From the NCBI GenBank assembly GCA_033763315.1, contig JANRKS010000028.1:64001-128000 (forward strand): DNA of 64,000 bases, given 5' to 3'. Below the pieces are notes generated by a model. That model worked only from the letters and a program-made list of their open reading frames with translations. It was not told where the DNA came from and ran no database searches. The DNA comes from Deltaproteobacteria bacterium. Lineage in GTDB: Bacteria > Myxococcota_A > Polyangia > Fen-1088. A program made the translations under genes and the position numbers. This document shows positions 9,859 to 20,105 of this stretch, in pieces. How positions within the stretch are numbered: position 1 is the first letter of the stretch; every line of letters begins with the position of its first letter.

Positions 9859-11400
9859 TCAAGGTGATGACGGACAAGCGGGGCCTACAGACTGCCACTT
9901 CAGCCCGGTGTTTGTGATCAATCCGAATCGCTGAAGGCCCACCCCCTGACGGCCAAAGCCGAATCGAAGGACGCCATCAGTGACGATCATCTGAAGCTCC
10001 TCGGTTTCGGCCCCCGTTGGGGAACACCCCGAGGCAGCCAAGGAAGCGGCGAAAGCGGAGCCTTCGGGAATCATGGCAATCATCTCATCGCTAAAGACGC
10101 CTATATGATCAACTATCAGATCGGTGCGAATGCCGGCGAATTGGCTGAGCACGAACGGGCTGCCGGAGATCGCGTGGGCAGCGTTGTAAGAAACCGTGAT
10201 CATTCGGCTCAAGGGCGTAGACACAAAGAGAAAGGTCACGTTGCGAGCCGGTGCGTTTAAGGGGTCCAAGGCAACGAGTCCCTGATTGTTCAGGCCCGTC
10301 ACGGTGACACGCCCGAGCTTCGCGTCTGGATGGGCAGCCCGCGCCTCCTGCACTGCCGCAGCAATGATGGTCCGCAGGCTGGAAGTGGAGGCAACTGGCG
10401 TCGCTGGCGCTGCAAGCGGCCGCAAGACGCGAAGATCAAAGACGTCGTCTCGCTCACAAGGTGTCGCGCCGCTCATGGTACCGAGATCCGATGTCAAATC
10501 GATCTGTGTGGTGGCCTCATCGACGATCTCGAAACCAAATCCGAGAGGGCTCTGCGGATCACAGCGCACGCGCGCCAAATGGTAGGGCTGCCGAATCGCC
10601 GCGGGATTGATGATTCCCTTGGCACAGCGGGGCGTGCTTAATGCCGCCTTTAGCGACGGTGCTGCGGCCAGAACCACTAAATTGCCACCGGTGGCGAGCA
10701 GATTCTGGAAATAGCGGGAGGGCAGCCCCGGAAGCTGGGGCCAGGGCAAAGCACCCTGATTCGGCATGGACTCTCCCTCAAGCAGGATGTCTGCAACGTC
10801 GAAACACGCTGGCCAGCCTGCCTCGGCAGACGCGGTCGAAGCCGCCTCTAAGTAGCAGCTGACGAGCGGCGCGAACGTTTCGTCGCTCACAGGCGGCGGC
10901 ACCAGCTGGGGCAAAAGCACAAGCTGCGACCAAGCGGACTGCAGGCGGGTATAAGCCAACGCAGGATCTACGAACGCATGAAGCGCGACAAAGTGCAGCT
11001 CGCCCTTTAGGCGTGCCATCATTTCCGCGTCGGTTGTCTTATCGGAGGCCAACAGGCGATGAGCGACGGGCGGGGGGCAAAGTCGTTCCGGTGGGATCAA
11101 ATCGTCTTGCACGATTGAGAAGGTAAACTCAGCGGGAAAGGCGGTGGCGACGATCGGCAACGCCTGGTGCAGCGGGCGAACGGCAGAGGTCGACAAGGCA
11201 GCGGCGGCCGACGCACGATGAGCCCAGGCCAGCGAAAGGCGTAGCCGCTCCCCTTGGCGGACCGGTCGTGCGAAGGACGACATCACACCCGCTCCGAGAA
11301 ACTTCGGTGTGCCCGCGTAGCCCTTCTCGGCAAGGGGATCGCCACACGCGCAAAACGCCAACCAGAACAAAACAAAAACGGCCTTACCAGTGACAGCCAA
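9859..11400 (-). CDS. Lipoprotein of unknown function, last gene of the ECF/caspase operon
   Basis: GGAG RBS before TTG at 11400, overlapping the caspase stop; signal VFVLFWLAFCAC followed by GDPLAEKGYAGTP. Confidence 0.7.
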   Translation of the reverse strand: MAVTGKAVFVLFWLAFCACGDPLAEKGYAGTPKFLGAGVMSSFARPVRQGERLRLSLAWAHRASAAAALSTSAVRPLHQALPIVATAFPAEFTFSIVQDDLIPPERLCPPPVAHRLLASDKTTDAEMMARLKGELHFVALHAFVDPALAYTRLQSAWSQLVLLPQLVPPPVSDETFAPLVSCYLEAASTASAEAGWPACFDVADILLEGESMPNQGALPWPQLPGLPSRYFQNLLATGGNLVVLAAAPSLKAALSTPRCAKGIINPAAIRQPYHLARVRCDPQSPLGFGFEIVDEATTQIDLTSDLGTMSGATPCERDDVFDLRVLRPLAAPATPVASTSSLRTIIAAAVQEARAAHPDAKLGRVTVTGLNNQGLVALDPLNAPARNVTFLFVSTPLSRMITVSYNAAHAISGSPFVLSQFAGIRTDLIVDHIGVFSDEMIAMIPEGSAFAASLAASGCSPTGAETEELQMIVTDGVLRFGFGRQGVGLQRFGLITNTGLKWQSVGPACPSSP

Positions 11401-12964
11401 ATCCCGCTCCTGGCATAGGGCGCACATCGATGTGTGCGCCGGTTTCGTTCGTGGAATCAACCGTTGCGGTTGATGACACCAGCAGCTCGCTTTCGATCGA
11501 GGCGAAGCAGCTCTCGGCGAGCATGACATCCGCACGTGCAACCATTGCGGCCATGGGCACCCACCGGGCCCGAGACTGTTCACCCGCAGCGTGAAACTCC
11601 TGATGGACCCAACCTAACCCCAAACGTAGCCCCGCGGATGCCGAAACACGGCCAAAGTCGAAGACCTTCCTGGCGCCCATGCGCAAAGCACTTTCACGCA
11701 AAGTGGTTTGTGCGCCAGTTGGCTCTGCCGCCGTTCCCTGGTTATAGCCGCCAAGGACGTCGAAGGTCACGGTCCGAAGGTCAATGGAGAACGTCGCTTT
11801 CACCCCCGGCCCCCAACCGTAGTCAAGGAGCGGTCGGGTCCACCCACCGTAAAGGCCTAAACCGTAAACACGCGAGGGCCCGCTGCCTTTGCGTAAGAGT
11901 TGCGCGTTGCGGACGCGCGTAAAACCTTGACCAGTCAGGTTCACGGTGACGCCCGCTTTCGCCTCCACGTGGCCTTCACGGATTTCGTCGGCCTCGCGGA
12001 TCTGAACGAAGTAGCGCCCTGGCTCCACCCACAAGTTTTTCGGCTGGCTTGTCACGCTGGCTTCGGCCACCACGGCGCCGTCTTTGCCCCCAAGGAAGAT
12101 CACAAAACGTCCTGGACGTTGCAGGCGAAGGTGGCTCGCGTTCTCTGTGTCAATGGGTGCCGCCAGTGTGAGATCTGCGCGCCCCTTGAGCTCGTAATTG
12201 TAGGTTGGATGTTGAATGCCAGCGCCGCTTCCTGCGGTGCTCGCCACGGTGCGTTCGGACGTATAAGTGTAGGCTTCCGATAAGCCAATGCGCCCGTCGC
12301 CGTTCACGTCGGCAGCGCCGTGCAGCGCAGAGATCAGATGATGTGTGAAGAAGGATGCCTGGAGCGCATCCGATTCTTGCGCGTCTTCACCTTCGGCCGC
12401 CGAGGAAAAGATGACAAAGCCCTCTGGCATGCCTTCCTGATCGGGCGGCATTGCGAAAGGCGCAATGGGCTTGATGCCCTTGACCCGCGTTGCCACGCCC
12501 GAGCGACATGCATCCACGAACAAGAGCCGCACGTTCGCTGATGAGCTAACGGTACCCTCGCGCAGTTCATCCCAGCTCAAGCGTCCGTTGCCCAGGTGAA
12601 GCGAGAGGTGATCGCCGTGGCCTGAAAAGAACACCAACACAACGCTGCGTCGAGCCGCGGAGACCTCCAAACGGATCCGGTGGTTCAAGCGGCGAAGCGC
12701 GTCTCGAACCCGATCGGCCGTGGGTTGCTCAAGCACGATCACGTTTTCGGAGAGAAACCCTCCCACAGACTTTAAGGCCTGCCCCACGCGAACGGCGTCT
12801 CGAACAGCGTAACGAAGAGGCACTTCATTTGAAGCGCCAAGGTTCGCGCCAATGATCAAAGCGTACCGCACCTCGGGAAGCGCCTCCGCTTGGGCCATTG
12901 GCGCTTGGAACGCTCGCCACAAACAAAAGGCGAGCGCCAAGGCTATGGCACCACGCAACGTCAA
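11384..12964 (-). CDS. Exported caspase-family (peptidase C14) protease with C-terminal beta-barrel-like domain
   Basis: Signal peptide ending AQA; YALIIGAN...LRYA..DA; catalytic dyad motifs FFSGHGD and FVDACRSG; AQESD...SFFTHHL; amphipathic beta-strand C-terminus ending in W. TTG start at 12964 overlaps the upstream TGA. Confidence 0.88.
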   Translation of the reverse strand: MTLRGAIALALAFCLWRAFQAPMAQAEALPEVRYALIIGANLGASNEVPLRYAVRDAVRVGQALKSVGGFLSENVIVLEQPTADRVRDALRRLNHRIRLEVSAARRSVVLVFFSGHGDHLSLHLGNGRLSWDELREGTVSSSANVRLLFVDACRSGVATRVKGIKPIAPFAMPPDQEGMPEGFVIFSSAAEGEDAQESDALQASFFTHHLISALHGAADVNGDGRIGLSEAYTYTSERTVASTAGSGAGIQHPTYNYELKGRADLTLAAPIDTENASHLRLQRPGRFVIFLGGKDGAVVAEASVTSQPKNLWVEPGRYFVQIREADEIREGHVEAKAGVTVNLTGQGFTRVRNAQLLRKGSGPSRVYGLGLYGGWTRPLLDYGWGPGVKATFSIDLRTVTFDVLGGYNQGTAAEPTGAQTTLRESALRMGARKVFDFGRVSASAGLRLGLGWVHQEFHAAGEQSRARWVPMAAMVARADVMLAESCFASIESELLVSSTATVDSTNETGAHIDVRPMPGAGFGCHW

Positions 12965-13668
12965 GGCGGACTCTCGACGGGAATGCTGGCAGATGACGAC
13001 GCACAATCTCGGGGTGGGTCGTCCTTCTTTGCCAACTTGCAAAGCCGCCATCGCAGACGCACCGGTGCCCCCGCAGTCACCTCGAACCCCAGCGGGATCC
13101 AATCTCCGGATTTCACAGCGCCCACGAAGACCGCCTGCCAGCCGGCGTTGGTCTCGACTTCGAGCTGCAACCAATTCTTGGTGCCAACCGCATGAAACCG
13201 CAGCTTGTCGCCTGCTTGCAGCACAGACACCTCCCGAACCTCCATGACGGCGACGTTGCCATCGTGGTCGCGCACACCCATCTTTAGCGAGGCTTCGCCC
13301 TTGGCGCGGACGGTTTCGTCGTGCACGATTGTCGACGGCCTTGGTACCGAGAAGAAGAGCACCAGAGCCATCGCTGGTACCGCCAAGGCTCCCACCCACA
13401 TCCAAAATGGATCCCGCCGCCGCAGGTTACCTTGGTGGGGCCTCACGATTTGCGCGGGTGCGAGGCTGCCAGCCGACGATCGACGCGCCGCCTCGACCTC
13501 TGCGAGAATTTTTCGGCTGGCCGCCGAGTTCCTCGTCCTGGCTTCAAAAGCCGCGCGCTCGACGTCGCTCATCTCGTTCAAGGCCCAACGGTGTGCTTGC
13601 CACTCGGAAATCTCGCATTCCGGGTCGCGCTCGCGCGTGAACAAATCTTTGGATGGGGCGGCGGACAT
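12961..13668 (-). CDS. Putative single-pass membrane anti-sigma factor
   Basis: Directly downstream of the ECF sigma (TGATG overlap). Short N-terminal cytoplasmic domain, one TM (FWMWVGALAVPAMALVLFF), VRAKG motif and a beta-rich periplasmic domain. Confidence 0.65.
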   Translation of the reverse strand: MSAAPSKDLFTRERDPECEISEWQAHRWALNEMSDVERAAFEARTRNSAASRKILAEVEAARRSSAGSLAPAQIVRPHQGNLRRRDPFWMWVGALAVPAMALVLFFSVPRPSTIVHDETVRAKGEASLKMGVRDHDGNVAVMEVREVSVLQAGDKLRFHAVGTKNWLQLEVETNAGWQAVFVGAVKSGDWIPLGFEVTAGAPVRLRWRLCKLAKKDDPPRDCASSSASIPVESPP

Positions 13669-14261
13669 CAATAGGCCTCGAGCAGGCGGCGCGCCTGCTT
13701 GGTGAAGCGCTCAATCCGTCGGCCAACCGTGCGGCGGGGCACGCCAACAAGGCTGGCGATCTCATCCTGATCCATTCCGTCGATGAAGTGATGAATGGCC
13801 ACGATGGCATTCTCTGGATCGACTTGTCCCAACAGCCAACGGATGTCTGCCCGGAGGTCTGCTTGGGGGCCCGCGAGGGGTGCATCCGGTTGATACACTT
13901 TCTCGCGCAAAAGTCTCTCTCTGGTCTTGCTGTCCCTTAGAACGTTGAGCGCCAGGTTGGTGACGGCACGGAACAGAAAGGCCGCCGCGTGTTGTTCCCT
14001 ACCGCCCCTTTCGCGATGAACGATGAAACTAACAAACGCTTCGTGTGCCAGATCTTTCGCGAGCTCTTCATTGCGAACCAATCGCGTTGCACGACGGCGA
14101 AGCAGCCCTATGTGAGTTCCATAGAGTTCGTTGACGTCGTCGACAGCCGAGACAGCGGTGGAAGATGCCGTGGATGGTCTTGATGCTTGGACAAACGCTC
14201 GTGCGCGCCGCGGGACGAGCCGCCAAAAAACATCGTTCGGGACGGTTTCTAATTTTGACAT
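13668..14261 (-). CDS. ECF sigma-70 factor
   Basis: Region 2 (LAKDLAHEAF...FLFRAVTNLALNVLR) and region 4 (DGMDQDEIASLVGVPRRTVGRR). Confidence 0.9.
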   Translation of the reverse strand: MSKLETVPNDVFWRLVPRRARAFVQASRPSTASSTAVSAVDDVNELYGTHIGLLRRRATRLVRNEELAKDLAHEAFVSFIVHRERGGREQHAAAFLFRAVTNLALNVLRDSKTRERLLREKVYQPDAPLAGPQADLRADIRWLLGQVDPENAIVAIHHFIDGMDQDEIASLVGVPRRTVGRRIERFTKQARRLLEAY

Positions 14262-14296
14262 CGTCTGAACTCGTGGACCCTTGAAGCCTACGGGAC

Positions 14297-14312
14297 GGCT
14301 AATCGATTAGCC
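14297..14312. promoter_or_regulatory. LacI-type operator-like perfect palindrome, copy 2 (GGCTAATCGATTAGCC)
   Basis: 16-bp perfect palindrome in the divergent intergenic region, about 85 nt upstream of the Gfo/Idh/MocA gene. Confidence 0.7.
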
Positions 14313-14396
14313 AGGTGAATTTCTCGACGCCGCGTCTCAAGTCAGCGGCAGCAGACGCCTGTCGACCAGTTGTGAAAAGGCGTTAAACTCTTGGAG

Positions 14397-15404
14397 ATGA
14401 AGCCGCTTACAGGCGCGATTGTTGGCTGCGGCATGATTTCCGAGTTCCACTTGCGGGCTTGGCAATGCCTCGAAGGCGTTGACATCACGGCGTTTTGCGA
14501 TGTGGACGAGGCTGCTGGCTCGCGGCGGCGTGATGAATACTTTCCCAACGCAAGGGTATACAGCGACCTTGCGGCCTTGCTCGCGAACGAAGACGTTGAC
14601 TTTATCGATGTGGCCAGCCCACCGGACTTCCATGCTGCGCACGTAAGCCTGGCCTTGGCCGCCAACCGCCATGTGATCTGCCAAAAACCACTGACCTCAG
14701 ACGCAGCGACCGCAACCGCATTGGCAACGTCCGCGCGCGAACGGCAGCTTACGCTGGCGGTTCATGACAACCACAGGTTTCGTCCCTGGTTCCAACGCGT
14801 CCTCGCCGCCCACGCCCGCCAACAGTTTGGCCACGTGGTGCATGTGCGTTGGCACCAGTACGATGCAGCGGCCCCTTCGCAACGCTACAAGGTTAAAGCG
14901 CCCCAAGGTGTGCTGTTCGAGTACGGCACGCACTTCATTGATATGATGCTGGCATTGCTCGGCGAACCCAAGGATGTATCGGCGCAGCTGTCTCGTATCA
15001 ACGAAAGCGTGGCGGGCGAGAGCTTCGCGCACCTCATGTTTCGTTATGAAAACAGTGGTGTGGACATTTCAGTTGGATGGAAGAATGCCGGGCCACTTTC
15101 AGCCGGGTTTCATCTCTTGGGCACAACCGGCGAAGTCATCTATGAAGGCACGCTCACACGGGGGCCACAAAGCCATCTGCAAATTCTTACTTCAGGAAAG
15201 CTTCTTGCCGACGAGCGAAGAGATCCCACGGCCGATTACATCGAAAGCTTCATTGCTTACCAGCAGGCCTTCGTGGCGTCGCTGCGTGCCACCCCACAGC
15301 CACCACCCCCCATTACGGCCACCGAAGGTGCTGCCGTATTGGCGTGGACCGAGGCTGCATATGAATCTGCGCGCACCGGCAAGCCTATTGCTAAGCGTCT
15401 GTGA
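14397..15404 (+). CDS. Gfo/Idh/MocA family NAD(P)-dependent oxidoreductase
   Basis: IVGCGMIS Rossmann motif, H..CQKPL, HDNHRFRP, G.LFEYGTHFID; GGAG immediately precedes ATG 14397. Confidence 0.9.
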   Translation: MKPLTGAIVGCGMISEFHLRAWQCLEGVDITAFCDVDEAAGSRRRDEYFPNARVYSDLAALLANEDVDFIDVASPPDFHAAHVSLALAANRHVICQKPLTSDAATATALATSARERQLTLAVHDNHRFRPWFQRVLAAHARQQFGHVVHVRWHQYDAAAPSQRYKVKAPQGVLFEYGTHFIDMMLALLGEPKDVSAQLSRINESVAGESFAHLMFRYENSGVDISVGWKNAGPLSAGFHLLGTTGEVIYEGTLTRGPQSHLQILTSGKLLADERRDPTADYIESFIAYQQAFVASLRATPQPPPPITATEGAAVLAWTEAAYESARTGKPIAKRL

Positions 15405-15407
15405 TCG

Positions 15408-16787
15408 ATGCCCATGAAATCCACCCCTGCCAACGTTGTCGGCCTTGTCGCCGTGGTGGCGCTTCCCCTCTTTGCCGGTTGTGCGCCATCCCCCAACGCG
15501 ATCCCTACGTCCGCGGCAAGGGACGATTTGGTGCGTTTTGGTGCGCCTTTTACATCCGTGTTTCGCCCAGATCCTGAATCGCCCTATCACCTGCGCAACC
15601 AGGAGGGGCAGCACCTGTTCATATTGGCCAAAACCGCATGGCATTACTTCAACGCCAAAGATCCCCAGCAAGTGTTGCAGCACGCGCGTGCCCTGGGCGC
15701 AAACGTGATTCGCGTGGCGCTTGAGGGCAATCTGTATTTTGAGGAGTTGAGCATCGATGCGTGGCCGTGGTCAGGAACCCGCAAGCAGCCGCACTTCGCG
15801 ACCTTCAACGAAGCATACTGGACGCGGGTGCAAGACCGGATCGAGTTGGCGGGGCGAGCCGGCATCGGCATCGATCTGGTACTCTATGCTTCATTGCATC
15901 TGAACGAAGACGCCGTGCCCGAACAGCGCCTGTATTGGCAACGTGTGTTGGAAAGGCTGGGTCGCTACAGCAACATCCTTACCTGGGAGATCCAAAATGA
16001 ATACGTGGCAAATGAGCGTTTTCAAGACGAAGTAGCGGCGTTCTTTCAGCAGCACGATCAACATAGACGGCCGATCATCACCTCGAATGGCACGCGTGAC
16101 GTCCCCACGTGGCCGGAAAAACCATGGATGGGCATGGCCATCACCCACACGTGTACAGGCTCCACCAATAGTCATCCGCTGGGGCGTTGGTACCTGGCGG
16201 TGGCACGCAACGCACGCACATTCGGCAAGCCTTCCTTCAACAACGAAACCGGACGAGAGACTCGTCATCGCAACGATGATGGTGTGCACAGGCGCAAACA
16301 AGCGTGGCTGTGGAGCACGGCAGGAGGCTTTTGGACGTGGCACAGTTGGGATGGGTGTGAAGGCATCAACGATGCCACCTACAAGGCGCCTGGCGAAGAC
16401 TTCATGTTGCCCCTGGCCACGTTCTTTCGGTCGCTACCGTTTTGGCGGCTGCACCCGGAACACGTGGCGGTGCAGATCTCAGACGACCGTTTGATCCACG
16501 CGGCGCAGGCCAACGTTGAGCGTGAATACGTAATGACTTATGTGGCCACCTTAGCGACAAATGCGCAGGTGCAGGGAGCCCAGCTTCAGTATCGTTTGCG
16601 TGATGGACGCTACCACGTGACGTTTCGGGATCCGGCGAGTGGCCGTGTGGTAGATGAAACCGACCTTGAGGCCAAAGGCATTGGCACCGTGGACGTGTTG
16701 CCGATACCAACTTTTCGCGACGATTTGGTGATCGAGTTGCGCCGAACCAAAACCGCAAAGGTCACAGAGATGCCGGCCACCCACTGA
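15408..16787 (+). CDS. DUF4038 / apiosidase-like glycoside hydrolase lipoprotein
   Basis: Lipobox FAGC; LFILAKTAW, NILTWEIQNEY (acid/base-like NE), KPSFNNETG (nucleophile-like E); C-terminal beta-sandwich-like region. Confidence 0.75.
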   Translation: MPMKSTPANVVGLVAVVALPLFAGCAPSPNAIPTSAARDDLVRFGAPFTSVFRPDPESPYHLRNQEGQHLFILAKTAWHYFNAKDPQQVLQHARALGANVIRVALEGNLYFEELSIDAWPWSGTRKQPHFATFNEAYWTRVQDRIELAGRAGIGIDLVLYASLHLNEDAVPEQRLYWQRVLERLGRYSNILTWEIQNEYVANERFQDEVAAFFQQHDQHRRPIITSNGTRDVPTWPEKPWMGMAITHTCTGSTNSHPLGRWYLAVARNARTFGKPSFNNETGRETRHRNDDGVHRRKQAWLWSTAGGFWTWHSWDGCEGINDATYKAPGEDFMLPLATFFRSLPFWRLHPEHVAVQISDDRLIHAAQANVEREYVMTYVATLATNAQVQGAQLQYRLRDGRYHVTFRDPASGRVVDETDLEAKGIGTVDVLPIPTFRDDLVIELRRTKTAKVTEMPATH

Positions 16788-16819
16788 AAGCGAAGGTCGT
16801 CGGCATTGTGCTGGCTGGC

Positions 16820-16858
16820 GCGAAGGCGCATGGCAATGTCCTTGCCACACGCCTTCGC
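16820..16858. terminator. Long stem-loop between convergent genes (possible bidirectional terminator)
   Basis: GCGAAGGCG-ca-TGGCAA-tgtcc-TTGCCA-ca-CGCCTTCGC. Confidence 0.5.
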
Positions 16859-16867
16859 CAATTGGGC

Positions 16868-18334
16868 CTACGCTTTGATCTGGCCCAGAACTTTATCCCG
16901 CTGGGCAGCGTCTTTGGAGAAGCCCATGAACTGGTTCACGCCCAGTCCCTGCAGCACGGCGTTGTAGAAGTTGGAGGCATGGGTGTCGAACATGAAGGGT
17001 TGCCCCGTCTTAAAGCGCCCGTTGGCGCCCGAAATCACGTGCAACACGTTACGCGTGGAATGCCCGCCGCCCCCATCTCCCAACTCTGACGACACCATCA
17101 CCGGATTGGCTTCAAGGTACGTTTTGCCGTTTTCTGCCTGGATTCGGTCCAGCCGCGACAGAAAATATTCGACCTGGGCAAGCATGTAGAGCGAGTGCAT
17201 GCGCGCGCCGATGTTGGCGCTGCTGTTTTCGTCATTCGCGACATTGTGGTAGTAGCTCAGGTGATTGGATTCGCCGTTGTCTGCGAAGTTGATGGTCTGA
17301 TCTTTGTACTTCCAAGCCGTCTTGAACCGCACGTGATCACCGGCACCTTGGAACGTGATGTTGCCAAAGCGTGCGATGTCGCAGGATAGGGCCATCGCAT
17401 ACGTGTCGGCCATCGCTTGCCAAACCTTCTCCCACATCACAGCATCCACTACACGATCGTTGCTTCCGGCTCCCTCCTTTTCAAGGGCACGACGACTTGT
17501 TGTAACCTGAGGCGCACTCAGCGTGCATGCTGCAGAGGTTCCTCCGCCATCAGCTTGAAGCTGGCCAATGCGCAGCTCGAGGCTGCGGACCTCTTCAAGG
17601 TGGTCACGAAGGCGGGCTCGGCTGGAAGAACTCAACCCTGCGGCATCGGATGTCCAATGTTTGTACTCTTCCATCGCGGTGTCGAGCACACTCTTGGCGT
17701 AGATCTGCTTCTTGTTGTCAACAGGTGCGCTGCCCATAGGTGGTTTAGGGGCTGGCGCGAGACCCATGACCGCCTTGAACAAAACATCTACTTCAGAATA
17801 GGGCTCGGCGGCCACCTGCCCGTCCTCACGCCACGTGTGCCGCTCGTTCGAATAGTTCCGAGTGTTAAAGTATGTGGCCGCCGCCAAGGTTTGGATTGGC
17901 GAAGGAGAACGGCCACCAGCGTAGCCGTTCTTAAGAACCACCTGATCAATGGATGCGCCCTGGGCGCGAATGCTCGAAGTTGAGCCCCGTCCGGCGATAC
18001 CCGTGAAGCACTGCACGCCAGACTGCGCGTGCGTGCCGCTTTCAGTTTGATGAAGGCCGCTGTAGATGCCGAGCTTCGACCGCAAACCGTCGAGCGGCAG
18101 CAAAGGGTCGGGCGCCAAGCGAGGGCCGGCTCCATAGTGCGTTTGAAACCAACGGCCGGTCACGCCGTGGGCGAAGAACACCGTGACGAAGCGTGCTGGC
18201 ACAGGCTCGGGGGCGCCGAAGGCACTGTTGCGGCGCATTTCATCCAGCATTGGCATGCCGATCAATGCGCCGGCGGCGCTTCGCAAGAACGTGCGACGCG
18301 GAAGAACGTGGCGATACTTAAGATCGAGTTTCAT
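16868..18334 (-). CDS. Tat-exported DUF1552 protein, copy 2
   Basis: Start MKLDLK (18334); PRRTFLR; ASIDQ, SVLD, RLRDHLEEVRSLE, ALSCDIARF, NHLSYYH, SELGDGGGGHS. Confidence 0.88.
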   Translation of the reverse strand: MKLDLKYRHVLPRRTFLRSAAGALIGMPMLDEMRRNSAFGAPEPVPARFVTVFFAHGVTGRWFQTHYGAGPRLAPDPLLPLDGLRSKLGIYSGLHQTESGTHAQSGVQCFTGIAGRGSTSSIRAQGASIDQVVLKNGYAGGRSPSPIQTLAAATYFNTRNYSNERHTWREDGQVAAEPYSEVDVLFKAVMGLAPAPKPPMGSAPVDNKKQIYAKSVLDTAMEEYKHWTSDAAGLSSSSRARLRDHLEEVRSLELRIGQLQADGGGTSAACTLSAPQVTTSRRALEKEGAGSNDRVVDAVMWEKVWQAMADTYAMALSCDIARFGNITFQGAGDHVRFKTAWKYKDQTINFADNGESNHLSYYHNVANDENSSANIGARMHSLYMLAQVEYFLSRLDRIQAENGKTYLEANPVMVSSELGDGGGGHSTRNVLHVISGANGRFKTGQPFMFDTHASNFYNAVLQGLGVNQFMGFSKDAAQRDKVLGQIKA

Positions 18335-18359
18335 CTGAGGCTCCCTGCGTTTGATAAAG

Positions 18360-20105
18360 TCACTGCGCAGCTCGCACCATGCGAAATTGCGGGTCTTCCA
18401 CCACCGCGGCGAACAGCGCGTACAAGCTGTTTCCATTCTTCGCGGCCCTTGCACGAATGTTGTAAACGGGGCATGCGTCTTTGCCTTGAGTCTCAAGCCC
18501 CCGGCCCCAAGCGTACTGGGTCACCTTTTGCGAAAGACAACTTCGGAAGCGCACGTCTTCGCTCAGCAGCCTTAGGAAGTCGCGATGACCCTCGTAGGGC
18601 CGATCTTCTTCAACGTCGGGCGAGCCCATCCACAACATCGTGCCATCGGTTCGCAAAACGTTATCGTTGCCGTCACGTTCAACCCAACGACCCGTGCCGT
18701 CAAAACGTTCAAAGGGAAACGCCAGCGGATCGAAGCCGCTATGGCAGGCTCGGCAGGTGCCGTTCTCGGCTCGCGCGTCAGCATTCATGCGCTCGGTGAC
18801 CCCCGGCCCTAAAGGCCGTTGGTTCAATGCCGTGTTCACGTTTGGCCCCGGAGCCGCGGGGCTTTGGCACAAAATTGTCTTGAAGATGGTGAGTCCGCGT
18901 TCAACAACTTTGGGAATGTCGGCACCAGCATGGGCCATGAGGAATCCAGCATGTGTGAGGAAACCCAGTCGTGGTTGGTTGTCTGGCAGTTCAACCCGCC
19001 CGAACGTGTCGCTGGCATTCGCAGCACCTACGCCCGAGTGCTGGGCTAAGCGACGTGACGTAAAGGTGAAGGGCGCCGTTGCCAGCTCCCACGCAGGCGT
19101 ATCTCTGTCGTCGAGAAAGTGCTCGAACAACTGCAACGACTCTTGCACCATGTCGTTGCGAAGCTCAGCGCCAAGCGGCACATCGCTCTCGTCGCGTGTG
19201 GTGTCTGCAATTAAGTCCAAGCCCAACCACTCGGATACAAACGTGCGGAGGCCCTTCTTCGCGCGTGGATGCTTCATCAATCGCTCAAACTGCGAGGTCA
19301 ATCCAGCAGCGCGATCGAGGTCGCCCTTCTGGGCCGCATCCAGGAGCTCTGCATCTGGGCCCGAGCCCCATGCCAAGAACGCAAGACGCGTGGCTAGTTC
19401 ATAACCATCTAATTTTCGAGCGGGACCATTTTCTGGCGCAGGTTCTAGCCGGTAAAGAAACTGCGGGGAGGCAATCAGGGCGCGAAGAACCAACGTCGCG
19501 CCCATGCCGAAATCATCGCCTTGGTCCTTGGCCACCTTAAAGAGGCTCTGAAACCGCGACACTTGGCCTTCATCCAGGGGATGCCGCAGCAATCGTCGCC
19601 CCAACTCCTGCGTGAATCGTTTTTCGCACGGATCGCCGAATGCATCGCACCCAGCCAGCGCCTTTGTTGAAGAGCGTACTTTTGTGGCCACTTTTTCGGC
19701 CCATACGTCAATGCTCTGCACGAACTGCTGCGACGTAAGCAGCACCTGAACGTCGTTGCGGAACCCTTCAGGCGCCCGCACACCCACCGGCAAAGTTTCG
19801 CCAAGTTCGTCCAGCTCAAGAGCCACTTCGACAGATCTCATGATCTCGTCGGCGCTAAGCCGACGCAAGGGAACCACAGGAACATCCTGATCGTCCTGCA
19901 TGCACTCGACGGGCTTTTCGCCCACGAACGGCGGTGGTTGGCTGTCATCATCGGGGGGCGGCTGATCGTCGTTTGACGGGTCCTCCTCATCCGAGCTGCG
20001 ACCTTTGTTGATGCCGCCCGTGCATCCTGCAAAGGCTGTCGCCAACGCAACACCCAAGACAACAAGTCGAAATGGTTGAACAAGCCCACATTCCAAGAAC
20101 TTCAT
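18360..20105 (-). CDS. DUF1592/DUF1588 c-type heme lipoprotein, copy 2
   Basis: Lipobox FAGC; LRRLSADE, ASPQFLYRLE, YELATRLAFLAW..GPD, RG...ILC, CRACH..FDPLAFPFERFD. Confidence 0.9.
   Translation of the reverse strand: MKFLECGLVQPFRLVVLGVALATAFAGCTGGINKGRSSDEEDPSNDDQPPPDDDSQPPPFVGEKPVECMQDDQDVPVVPLRRLSADEIMRSVEVALELDELGETLPVGVRAPEGFRNDVQVLLTSQQFVQSIDVWAEKVATKVRSSTKALAGCDAFGDPCEKRFTQELGRRLLRHPLDEGQVSRFQSLFKVAKDQGDDFGMGATLVLRALIASPQFLYRLEPAPENGPARKLDGYELATRLAFLAWGSGPDAELLDAAQKGDLDRAAGLTSQFERLMKHPRAKKGLRTFVSEWLGLDLIADTTRDESDVPLGAELRNDMVQESLQLFEHFLDDRDTPAWELATAPFTFTSRRLAQHSGVGAANASDTFGRVELPDNQPRLGFLTHAGFLMAHAGADIPKVVERGLTIFKTILCQSPAAPGPNVNTALNQRPLGPGVTERMNADARAENGTCRACHSGFDPLAFPFERFDGTGRWVERDGNDNVLRTDGTMLWMGSPDVEEDRPYEGHRDFLRLLSEDVRFRSCLSQKVTQYAWGRGLETQGKDACPVYNIRARAAKNGNSLYALFAAVVEDPQFRMVRAAQ

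Noticed and set aside
11384-12964. Caspase as an anti-phage (CBASS/gasdermin/Avs-type) effector
   Set aside because: It has a signal peptide and an ECF/anti-sigma context, with no cyclase, gasdermin or NTPase nearby.
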